37,256 bases of DNA from a virus. The notes below the pieces were generated by a model that worked only from the letters and a program-made list of their open reading frames with translations, searched no databases and was not told the DNA's origin. The stretch lies in the IMG/VR virus record IMGVR_UViG_3300045988_142508; one strand, written 5' to 3'. Both the position numbers and the translations under genes were made by a program. This document shows, piece after piece, positions 25,896 to 33,151 of the stretch. Numbering within the stretch: position 1 is the stretch's first letter; each line of letters opens with the position of its first letter.

Positions 25896-26325
25896 CCAAC
25901 GGTTCTGCATCAGTCGCGTTCTCGTGGCGATGAGTCAACGAATCGAATATGCCACGCAAGGTCGCACACAAACCGGAATGACGCTTCCTGCGGGCGAGAT
26001 GCCATCCCGCATCAACGCCAGCGAGATAAAACCACGCATCACCGAAGCTGCATGGGCCGTAACTTGATTCGTCGGTGACCACATCGAAATAGTCGCCCTG
26101 CTTCACGTCGTCAATCCAGTATTCGGATGGAAGCACATCAAGGCATGGCCCTCCGTCCGCTTCGATGGCGCGGCATTTCCAGATGAGACGCTTGAAATCG
26201 CCAGCGTTCCCCGGCTCTTTCGGAAGGCTCTTGTTCATCCCCGTGCAACCATTGCCGAAGTCGACCCGTTCAAGCGGTTCACCTGGAATCCACTCGCGGA
26301 CATCGGATCTCTTCATCTTCCTCAT
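25720..26325 (-). CDS. Hypothetical early protein, 201 aa (C-terminal ~57 aa overlap a convergent ORF and look low-quality)
   Basis: SD AAGGAGAA-N5-ATG. The N-terminal 140 aa are protein-like (..WIDDVKQGDYFDVVTDESSYGPCSFGDAWFYLAG..). Confidence 0.55.
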   Translation of the reverse strand: MRKMKRSDVREWIPGEPLERVDFGNGCTGMNKSLPKEPGNAGDFKRLIWKCRAIEADGGPCLDVLPSEYWIDDVKQGDYFDVVTDESSYGPCSFGDAWFYLAGVDAGWHLARRKRHSGLCATLRGIFDSLTHRHENATDAEPLATASKPSRESAEHSSSCGSTPPSLSRSEIHESYDCATCGTTATQSRNHREVAAPHSRR

Positions 26326-26430
26326 TTCGGATTCTCCTTAGAATCGTTTTCATTGGTGGTCACGCATTCCCATGACGCGATTCCTGTTGCGCCGTCAGCC
26401 GTTTCCATGTGAGAACACCTTCCTTTCGAT

Positions 26431-27039
26431 TCATGCGTCGGCGAGTGCCGGTTGCTTTTCCGACGCGTTTCGTTTGAGGGCCTTCCTACCGAGTGGGAGA
26501 ATGAGCAGACCCACGCAAAGAAGGGAGGTGAGAATATGAGCAATGGATCCGATTTCGCGAAGGCGAGCGCCGTGTTTGGGAAGGCCGCCGAAACGTCCGA
26601 TCCCGACGAGAGGATGAGAACCCTGTGCCAAGGGCTTTCCCTCCTCGCCAAGGGATTCGATTCGATGGATGCTTCCATGGCATCCGCCGCCTACTGTCTC
26701 GACGTGCTCTCGGATAAGTTCTGAACGGAGTTCCTGCATCTCCGTGCTTAGTCGGTCCGCGGCCTGATTGATGTGCTCGAGAATCGAGCCCATGACTTCG
26801 GTCGTCATGTCGCGGGCCGACAACTGCCGTCTGACCTCGATGCCGATGCCTCGCAGGTCAAGGCTGGACAGGTGGCTCCTCCTGTCGTCGCCCACTGTTC
26901 CGATAACCGTTCGAGCTGGTTCCTCGCGGACGGCTTTCCTTATCGCGCCCAGCATCGCCGGGTGCAGGCGTTCGAACTCCTCAACGGAAATCGGGTTCGT
27001 GGATTCATCCGGTGTCTCGGCCGGAATGTTGATGCTCAT
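26431..27039 (-). CDS. Hypothetical early protein, 202 aa
   Basis: ATG at 27039 with SD AAAGGAGAA. Translation MSINIPAETPDESTNPISVEEFERLHPAMLGAIRK.... It is the first gene after the cro-like gene. The C-terminal half is codon-aligned antisense to ORF 26536..26724. Confidence 0.55.
   Translation of the reverse strand: MSINIPAETPDESTNPISVEEFERLHPAMLGAIRKAVREEPARTVIGTVGDDRRSHLSSLDLRGIGIEVRRQLSARDMTTEVMGSILEHINQAADRLSTEMQELRSELIREHVETVGGGCHGSIHRIESLGEEGKPLAQGSHPLVGIGRFGGLPKHGARLREIGSIAHILTSLLCVGLLILPLGRKALKRNASEKQPALADA
26536..26724 (+). CDS. Small 62-aa helical protein in lysogeny orientation, antisense within the early operon
   Basis: Strong SD AAGGGAGGTGA-N4-ATG. Codons have high GC3 and look host-like (GCC, TCC, AAG, TTC, GAC, CTC). 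Translation MSNGSDFAKASAVFGKAAETSDPDERMRTLCQGLSLLAKGF.... Confidence 0.45.
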   Translation: MSNGSDFAKASAVFGKAAETSDPDERMRTLCQGLSLLAKGFDSMDASMASAAYCLDVLSDKF

Positions 27040-27079
27040 TTCGGATTCTCCTTTCGATTCATGCTTCGGCGAGCGCCGA

Positions 27080-27313
27080 TTACGGTTCTTTTTCTTCTGA
27101 ATTTGCTGCAATGAAGATGTCAAGACCGTCTTGCCATTTCAATGCCGGAGCAATCTTGTCGAGAACGCGGATCGGCCATTCCCGTTGATTGCGCATGTAT
27201 CGATTCATGACGACCCGATTGATTCCAACTGCGTCGGCGACGTCGGATTGAGTGATTCCAAGTCGAGCCATCCTGACTTTTATTGCCTGTGTCACGTATT
27301 CATTGCTTGTCAC
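27080..27313 (-). CDS. Cro-like XRE-family HTH regulator, 77 aa (GTG start)
   Basis: SD GGAGG-N4-GTG at 27313. HTH region: AIKVRMARLGITQSDVADAVGINRVVMNRYMRNQREWP. It is divergent from the repressor gene. Confidence 0.7.
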   Translation of the reverse strand: MTSNEYVTQAIKVRMARLGITQSDVADAVGINRVVMNRYMRNQREWPIRVLDKIAPALKWQDGLDIFIAANSEEKEP

Positions 27314-27472
27314 ATCACCTCCATTCCCCGAATATTCGGGACTTTGTTCGACGTTTACCGGATATTCGGTGAACTTGCTTTCAATGTACTCCCGAATATT
27401 CGGTATGGCAAATTCGACACGCCGAACGGTGTAAAGATGTAACTTCCCGAAAATTCGAATACAGTCATCGCT
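27314..27472. promoter_or_regulatory. Genetic-switch intergenic region with four operator-like palindromes (consensus CCGAATATTCGG)
   Basis: CCGAATATTCGG at 27328-27339 and at 27392-27403 (both perfect). CCGGATATTCGG at 27358-27369. CCGAAAATTCGA at 27447-27458. All lie between the divergent cro-like and cI-like genes. Confidence 0.75.
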
Positions 27473-27868
27473 ATGGATAGCAGCACAACACGCACCGATC
27501 TGGTGATTTGCAAATATATCAGCCAAGCAATGGAAGCCAATGGCATTACCCAGGCCGACCTCTCCAAGGCTCTTGAAGGACGATCAAAAGGTTATGTCAG
27601 CGACCGAGTACTCGGTAAAAGAAGTTGGGCAATCAGCGAGTTAGACAGACTCGCTCCACTCTTTGGGCTTCCGGACGCTCTTTCACTGGTCGCGGCAGCC
27701 TGTGGGTCAATCTCCATCGAGGCCGCCCGCGCCTACGAAGCCCGCGAGCGCGAGTCTCAGATCACCGATGATCTCATCGACCGTATCGCCGCGCACCCCG
27801 AAGACTATGACGTGGCCGCAAACACGGATCCGAACGCACGCCTCGAAGCCGAGACGCCTGACGAGTGA
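27473..27868 (+). CDS. CI-like XRE-family HTH repressor, 131 aa
   Basis: HTH region: ISQAMEANGITQADLSKALEGRSKGYVSDRVLGKRSW. No SD lies upstream of the ATG, so a leaderless or weakly translated mRNA is possible. It is the first gene of the plus-strand lysogeny operon. Confidence 0.75.
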   Translation: MDSSTTRTDLVICKYISQAMEANGITQADLSKALEGRSKGYVSDRVLGKRSWAISELDRLAPLFGLPDALSLVAAACGSISIEAARAYEARERESQITDDLIDRIAAHPEDYDVAANTDPNARLEAETPDE

Positions 27869-27887
27869 TGGATTGAAAGGAACACGA

Positions 27888-28592
27888 ATGACCGAATACA
27901 ACCTGTATTGCGATGAAAGCTGTCATCTGGAACATGACGACAGCGACGTGATGGTCCTTGGAGCCCTCATTATCCCCAAGGATAAAAGGCAGGAAATCAC
28001 AGAGAATATTCTCCAGATCAAGGCACGTTACGGTGTCAAGGCACGCACGGAAGTGAAGTGGACGAAGGCCAGCATGCCGAAAATCGACCTGTACAAGGAT
28101 TTGCTGAACTGCTTCTTCCTGGATGACGACATGAGGTTCCGTGTTCTGGTGGCCAAGAAGACACGTCTGAATCATGAGGCATGGTCCCAGTCACACAACG
28201 ATTGGTACTACAAGATGTATTTCACCATGCTGAACAGGCTGTTCGATTCCACGAACACCTACAACGTGTACGTGGACATCAAGGACACGCACTCCGCGCA
28301 ACGTACCGAGAAACTGGAGGAAGTGCTAGCAAACAGCCACTACGACTTCAACCACGAATGCATCAAGAAAGTGCAACCAATCCGTTCAGACGAAGTGCAA
28401 ATGATGCAAATCACCGACGTGATCAACGGAGCCGTATGCAGGGCGAACCGGACGACCATCCCCCAACCATCAGGCGCGAAAGCTGAAATCATCGACTACA
28501 TACGCATGAGATCAAAGCTCCGACTCACCCAGTCAACGACCTTGGGCACGCGCAAGTTCAACATCTTCGTCTGGGAAGGACGGAACGCATGA
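27888..28592 (+). CDS. DUF3800-family protein, 234 aa
   Basis: SD GAAAGGAA. N-terminus YNLYCDESCHLEHDD, the central ...TEVKWTKAS..., and the C-terminal QMMQITDVINGAV fit my recollection of the DUF3800 pattern (xYxDESG ... KW ... QxxDxxxG). G+C is lower by eye than the structural genes. Confidence 0.7.
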   Translation: MTEYNLYCDESCHLEHDDSDVMVLGALIIPKDKRQEITENILQIKARYGVKARTEVKWTKASMPKIDLYKDLLNCFFLDDDMRFRVLVAKKTRLNHEAWSQSHNDWYYKMYFTMLNRLFDSTNTYNVYVDIKDTHSAQRTEKLEEVLANSHYDFNHECIKKVQPIRSDEVQMMQITDVINGAVCRANRTTIPQPSGAKAEIIDYIRMRSKLRLTQSTTLGTRKFNIFVWEGRNA

Positions 28593-29119
28593 CACCGCAT
28601 TGGACACCGGAGCTCGTAACCAAATCCCCGATAGAAGACTTTGCCGTATATGAGGATAGGATTTATGCAATCTTCAGACATGACTTCATAGATTCACATC
28701 CATCATTCGACGGCCTCAGAGTTTCCGTACGCCGCCAGAAAGAGGAGACCGACGGAAAATGGGCTGGGTTTTTCCACATCACCAGCGTCGAAGACTACAC
28801 AACCGGCGAGAGGAATGTCGATCTGCGTAGATGTGAGCGGATCAGGTTTCCACGGAAGACGATTGACAACGCAAAGGATTGTCCGCAATGCCATTATGAG
28901 GTATGTGATGCGCCATTAATCTGGAGGAAGCATAAGCATGGCCGCGATAGGTTATATATCCTCATTGAATCAGAACGGTATCTAGTCGTGCTGGAACCAC
29001 ATAAGGACAGAGGCTACTGCATGTTGGTCACCGCCTACTACGTCGACCATGATCACAGCTTCAACAAACTTCTGAAAGAATATGATCAGTCAAGTTTGAA
29101 CGGGAATTGCGTTCAATAA
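28589..29119 (+). CDS. Uncharacterised 176-aa protein translationally coupled (ATGA) to the DUF3800 gene
   Basis: ATGA overlap at 28589-28592. CPQCHYEVCD motif. C-terminal region RYLVVLEPHKDRGYCMLVTAYYVDHDHSFNKLLKEY. No family recognised. AT-richer by eye. Confidence 0.7.
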   Translation: MTPHWTPELVTKSPIEDFAVYEDRIYAIFRHDFIDSHPSFDGLRVSVRRQKEETDGKWAGFFHITSVEDYTTGERNVDLRRCERIRFPRKTIDNAKDCPQCHYEVCDAPLIWRKHKHGRDRLYILIESERYLVVLEPHKDRGYCMLVTAYYVDHDHSFNKLLKEYDQSSLNGNCVQ

Positions 29120-29275
29120 AAAGCAAGGGCCGCCGCAGCGACCCTGGAGACTCCTTCTACAACTCGGTAGATGAGCTGATTCAAGCATCACATACGACAC
29201 TCCAACTGTCAAGCAGAACTTGACAAACAGCAAAAAAGTACTTCTCGAAAAACAATACTTTCGGAAGAGAGGAAT

Positions 29276-29683
29276 GTGGATAACAAGACCATCGCGGAGC
29301 TTCACCGGAACGCGGAATCCATGGGTCTGTCAGTCATGTCACGCGACCTTCCCCGTGACATATGCGGCCTATACGACGATCGACACAAACTCATTCTGCT
29401 GGCCGACTGGCTCAACCAGCGCCAGCGCCGTTGCACGCTGTGCCATGAGCTCATCCACGCGAAACACCACGATCCAGGCTGTGGTAGCCAATACGGGTTG
29501 AAGTGCGAGCGCCGGTGTCGCAGGGAGACCGCGCTGGCGTTGATCAGTCCCGTGGACTATGGCATGGTGGAGCAGATATACGAAGGCAATACGTGGATGA
29601 TGGCCGTGGAATTGGGCGTCACCATCCAAGTACTGTCGGACTATCGGCAGCTGTTGTACGATTCCGGCGTGTGCGTGCAATAA
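29276..29683 (+). CDS. ImmA/IrrE-family (DUF955) zinc metallopeptidase, 135 aa (GTG start)
   Basis: HExxH motif in CTLCHELIHAKHHD. The small size and its position in the repressor/integrase operon are typical of ImmA anti-repressor proteases. Confidence 0.75.
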   Translation: MDNKTIAELHRNAESMGLSVMSRDLPRDICGLYDDRHKLILLADWLNQRQRRCTLCHELIHAKHHDPGCGSQYGLKCERRCRRETALALISPVDYGMVEQIYEGNTWMMAVELGVTIQVLSDYRQLLYDSGVCVQ

Positions 29684-29840
29684 AAGAAGCTCAGCGTCCA
29701 CATACCGCGACGGGAAACAAAAAAGGGTCCCGCCCGAACACAGTCGGACGGAACCCAAGGAACCAACAATCAGCATTTCCGTTTTCACCAAAATGAGGTT
29801 CCACGCACAGTGTAGCGCGGATCCTCGGAAAGAGACAACC

Positions 29841-31121
29841 ATGGCCAGAGCGTTCGTAGACGACAGATGGCTCAAAAACGACGAGGACGGTAACCCACCC
29901 AGCAGGGCCGCGAAACAGTCGCTGGCCAATGCGAAGGATCCGATGAAAGCCAATGTGCCCGGCAAATGGCGGTCCGCGCTGTACGGCCAAGGCTCACGGT
30001 GGAGATGCCGCTGGTACACGCTTCGAGACGGCAAACGCGTCCAGAAATCACGGAACTTCGCCAAGCTCCGTGACGCTGAGGAATACGCAGCGGCCATCGA
30101 GGACGACATCAGACGCGGCAAATACCGCGACCCGCAGCAGGAACTACGCATCTTCCGGGACGTTGCCTCCGAATGGACGGACGGCAAGATGGATATCAAA
30201 CAGGGCACTTTGGGCAGATACCGCCGCGAATTGCGCGTTTATATCAACCCCAAGTGGGGCGATCGCACACTGAGGGAAATCCAACGCGACGAACTGCAAC
30301 AGTGGGTCACGCAGCTCACCGAAGGCGGGTATCCCGCCGAACTGCAGGACGATCGCGAATCGAAGCCATTGAGTCCACGCAGCATCCGCAACATCGTCAA
30401 GGTCGTCATGGGCGGTGTCATGGAATTCGCTTTGGAGCACGGCTGGATCGGAGAGAACCCCATTGAAAAGGTCACCGTGCCGCGCATCACGCAATCCGAT
30501 GACGACATGGTGTTCCTTACCGTCGAGGAGGTGGAGTTGCTGGCCGGCATGGCCGAACGGGCAGGACGGCCGGTAGACGGGCTGATCGTCCGCTGGCAGG
30601 CATACACCGGTGCCCGCATTGGCGAGACGCTGGCACTCAAATGCGGCGACGTGGATGTGGAATCACGCAGGGCGCGCATCCGCCGCACTTGGACCGACGA
30701 CGGCAAAGGCAGTCTTGTGCTGGGCACGCCGAAGAACGGCAAACCGCGCAGCATCGCCATACCCAGATTCCTCATACCGTCCATCGAACGGCAGATGGAG
30801 GGCATGGGCGACGACGACTGGCTGTTCCGCGCGGCAAGAGGCGGGAACCTGTGGACGAACACGTGGCGGACGCGTGTCTGGCGAAAGGCCGTCCGACTGG
30901 CCGGCATGGAGGACGAGGGCGTGACCATCCATAGTTTGAGGCATAGCTATGCGAGCTTTGCGATTGCTCAAGGCGCAGACGTGAAGACCCTACAGATGCA
31001 GCTCGGCCACTCCTCACCCAGCATCACGCTGAACACATACACGGCTCTCTGGCCGGAACGATTGGACGATGTGGCGGACGCGATTGGCGAGCTGCGCGCT
31101 GAACAGTTGAAGACCGTCTAG
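29841..31121 (+). CDS. int: Tyrosine integrase, 426 aa
   Basis: ATG at 29841. Catalytic boxes YTGARIGETLAL (R) and HSLRHSYASFAIAQGADVKTLQMQLGHSSPSITLNTY (H-x-x-R ... H ... Y). The attP follows immediately. Confidence 0.92.
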   Translation: MARAFVDDRWLKNDEDGNPPSRAAKQSLANAKDPMKANVPGKWRSALYGQGSRWRCRWYTLRDGKRVQKSRNFAKLRDAEEYAAAIEDDIRRGKYRDPQQELRIFRDVASEWTDGKMDIKQGTLGRYRRELRVYINPKWGDRTLREIQRDELQQWVTQLTEGGYPAELQDDRESKPLSPRSIRNIVKVVMGGVMEFALEHGWIGENPIEKVTVPRITQSDDDMVFLTVEEVELLAGMAERAGRPVDGLIVRWQAYTGARIGETLALKCGDVDVESRRARIRRTWTDDGKGSLVLGTPKNGKPRSIAIPRFLIPSIERQMEGMGDDDWLFRAARGGNLWTNTWRTRVWRKAVRLAGMEDEGVTIHSLRHSYASFAIAQGADVKTLQMQLGHSSPSITLNTYTALWPERLDDVADAIGELRAEQLKTV

Positions 31122-31140
31122 ACGCGGAGGTTGCGCGGTC

Positions 31141-31160
31141 ATCGTGTCGAATCGTGTCGA
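31141..31160 (+). repeat. Two tandem copies of ATCGTGTCGA (arm-type integrase binding site candidates, P arm)
   Basis: Exact 10-mers at 31141-31150 and 31151-31160. The same 10-mer occurs twice more at 31382-31402 on the other side of the core. Confidence 0.6.
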
Positions 31161-31169
31161 TAGCCTACG

Positions 31170-31213
31170 GCCAAGAAAAAATAAAGCCTTGGAAACATAA
31201 TGTTTCCAAGGCT
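31170..31213 (-). terminator. Rho-independent terminator (minus strand) abutting the tRNA 3' fragment
   Basis: 13-bp perfect stem AGCCTTGGAAACA-TAA-TGTTTCCAAGGCT (31185-31213). On the minus strand it is followed by TTATTTTTTCTT. Confidence 0.75.
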
Positions 31214-31216
31214 TCC

Positions 31217-31255
31217 GGTCGGGCTGACAGGATTTGAACCTGCGACATTCTGCTA
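31217..31255 (-). other. attP core: 3' portion of a tRNA gene (T-arm plus acceptor 3' strand)
   Basis: The minus strand reads ...GTCGCAGGTTCAAATCCTGTCAGCCCGACC, which is T-stem/GTTCAAATC loop/acceptor. It lies between int and the lysis genes and is flanked by the arm repeats. Confidence 0.7.
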
Positions 31256-31381
31256 TATTCGGGCATGGCATGACTGAGCGTAGCCGGGTGTGAGCATTGT
31301 CAAGAACGTTGAAATTCCAACGTTCTTAACAATACGATACGCAGTGGTTCGCTTTGTCGAAATTAACTGTTCGCAACTGTC

Positions 31382-31402
31382 ATCGTGTCGATATCGTGTC
31401 GA
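31382..31402 (+). repeat. Two further copies of ATCGTGTCGA (P' arm), plus a degenerate third (TGTGGTCGA)
   Basis: Exact 10-mers at 31382-31391 and 31393-31402, in the same orientation as the 31141 pair. Confidence 0.6.
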
Positions 31403-31429
31403 TGTGGTCGAACCGCGCAGCCTTCCATC

Positions 31430-31476
31430 GGAAAATGAAAAAGTCCCCTCCCCCAGCATAGAAGCTGAGAGAGGGG
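31430..31476 (-). terminator. Rho-independent terminator after the holin gene
   Basis: Minus strand CCCCTCTCTC-AGCTTCTATGCT-GGGGGAGGGG followed by ACTTTTTCATTTTCC. Confidence 0.7.
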
Positions 31477-31505
31477 CGAGTGCGAGTCTCACGTCAGAAA
31501 ATTAA

Positions 31506-31751
31506 TCACTGGCCGTCCTCGTCGGCCTTGACAGACGTGAGCTGGCTCACGCCGATGAGCGCGCCGACGAACAAACCGATCGCGTTGATGGTCGTAACGA
31601 GTTCGCCGCAATGCGGCAGTCCCCATTGCGGGCCGACCGCACCAACCAACCATGCGATGGCCGGCAAAGCGATCAACGCGAGCCACTTGAGTATGTCGTA
31701 TACCCTGCCCGGCAGCAGGTAATCGGATTTCGGACTATTGGATTCATCCAT
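31506..31751 (-). CDS. Holin (LL-H/Phage_holin_1-like), 81 aa
   Basis: Strong SD AAGGAGGTGA. YDILKWLALIALPAIAWLVGAVGPQWGLP...AIGLFVGALIGVS gives two TM helices. It is adjacent to the endolysin gene. Confidence 0.75.
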   Translation of the reverse strand: MDESNSPKSDYLLPGRVYDILKWLALIALPAIAWLVGAVGPQWGLPHCGELVTTINAIGLFVGALIGVSQLTSVKADEDGQ

Positions 31752-31816
31752 TTTTCACCTCCTTAAACATTGCGGCAACCGTCTCCACAACGCTTAAAGT
31801 CGTGGAAACGGGAGTT

Positions 31817-33085
31817 TCAGCGCAGGTACTGTCCGGGATAGATAACGTATGGGCTGCGGATGCCATTGCGTGCGGCAGCCGACTGCCAGCCGGAGCCGTA
31901 GATGCTCCAAAGGCTTTCGCCGGAACGGACCACATGGCCTCCGACCCCGCTCGAAGCGATGGACACGGACGCGCCGCCATAGGTGACGATCTGCCCCGGA
32001 TAAATCCTGTTGACGTCACCGCTCGGCACACGCCAGGCGGACACCGGCTTCAGGCCGGTGCGTTCGGCTATGGCGCACATGGTGTCGCCGGAACGGACCA
32101 CGACGCTACGCGAACCCGTGGCGGCCGTTCCGCCGGAACCTCCGCCGAGGCGACTGTTGACGATCTGCATGACCGCCGCGTAATTGCCACCCAACACCTG
32201 CCTGCGGGCCGGATCATTGCCGAAATCGCCGCGGATGGTGCGCGTGGCCAAAGCGTTCAGGTCGACCGCCGGAGCGGTCGTTGGCTGGGGCTTCGGCTTG
32301 ACACTCGGCAGATCCGCCGCGCCCTTGTCGTCAGGGTTCGCGTACTTGCGCCATGCCGCGCGGTCGCCACGGAACTTGTTCAGGTCGAGGCGTCCTGACC
32401 AGCCGCTGAGACTGCCGTTGGACGTGTACTGCCTCATCACCTCGCCGCGCGCTCCGATGTTCCACGGGGCGGTCTGATAGCCGGTGACCATGTTCGTGGC
32501 GTACTGGGCGATCCAGATGCCGCAGTTTAGTTCGGTCTCCATGCCGGCGACCTGCCAGTAGCCGGAGTCCATCGTGTAGATGATGGGGTTCACGCCCGTC
32601 AGTCGCTTGACCTCGCGCGCCCACCTGCGTGGCCACTGCTTGTCGCCCCAGGCGGCGTTGTCCTGCGCCTCCCAGTCGAGGATCAGGACGCTCTTGTGCA
32701 CGTATCCGCGCACATTGTCGACGAAGAACCGGGCTTCGGTCTCCGGGTTGCCTCCGCGCGCGTAATGGTAGATGCCGGTCTCCTTACCACTGTTGATGGC
32801 TCCGGCGAGTTGTCGGTTCGCGTCGGTGTTGACGCCGTTGGACAGGCAACCACCGTACACGCCGCCGGATCCCCATGTGGTGCCGACGATGACGAAATCT
32901 GCCGGCACGGTCGCGGTGTCGATGCCGCACTGCCAGTTCGAGATGTCGTATCCGTTCATATCGGCCATCGCGGCCGGCGCGACCGCCATGGATATGGCGA
33001 CCGCGAGCGCGGTCAGTAGCTTGCGCCATTGTCGGCGTGGATTCATGCGCTTGTGTTTCGGCTTGCCTTTGTTGAGGATGTTCAA
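31817..33085 (-). CDS. Endolysin: N-terminal signal/SAR sequence, GH25 muramidase domain, two C-terminal LysM repeats; 422 aa (TTG start)
   Basis: Signal-like RRQWRKLLTALAVAISMAVAPAAMA. GH25-like GYDISNWQ...ADFVIVG...DWE. LysM-like VVVRSGDTMCAIAERTG...RIYPGQIV and HVVRSGESLWSIYG...VIYPGQYL. Confidence 0.88.
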   Translation of the reverse strand: MNILNKGKPKHKRMNPRRQWRKLLTALAVAISMAVAPAAMADMNGYDISNWQCGIDTATVPADFVIVGTTWGSGGVYGGCLSNGVNTDANRQLAGAINSGKETGIYHYARGGNPETEARFFVDNVRGYVHKSVLILDWEAQDNAAWGDKQWPRRWAREVKRLTGVNPIIYTMDSGYWQVAGMETELNCGIWIAQYATNMVTGYQTAPWNIGARGEVMRQYTSNGSLSGWSGRLDLNKFRGDRAAWRKYANPDDKGAADLPSVKPKPQPTTAPAVDLNALATRTIRGDFGNDPARRQVLGGNYAAVMQIVNSRLGGGSGGTAATGSRSVVVRSGDTMCAIAERTGLKPVSAWRVPSGDVNRIYPGQIVTYGGASVSIASSGVGGHVVRSGESLWSIYGSGWQSAAARNGIRSPYVIYPGQYLR

Positions 33086-33151
33086 TTCCTCTCCTTTCCT
33101 TTGTCCGTACCGTCCGCCTTGTACGGACGGTGTGGAAATCTTTTGAATCTT

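Noticed and set aside
26322-26408. 28-aa ORF (METADGATGIASWECVTTNENDSKENPK) ATGA-coupled to gene 25720..26325
   Set aside because: It is too short to support from sequence alone. It might be a real leader peptide, but there is no independent evidence.
29207-29225. TGTCAAG-N5-CTTGACA palindrome overlapping a TTGACA -35-like hexamer upstream of immA
   Set aside because: No convincing -10 element lies at 16-18 nt spacing, so an internal promoter or operator is possible but unsupported.
29369-30208. 279-aa minus-strand ORF spanning the immA-int junction
   Set aside because: It is antisense to two genes with clear catalytic motifs, and the translation is Ser/Leu/Ala-rich and repetitive.
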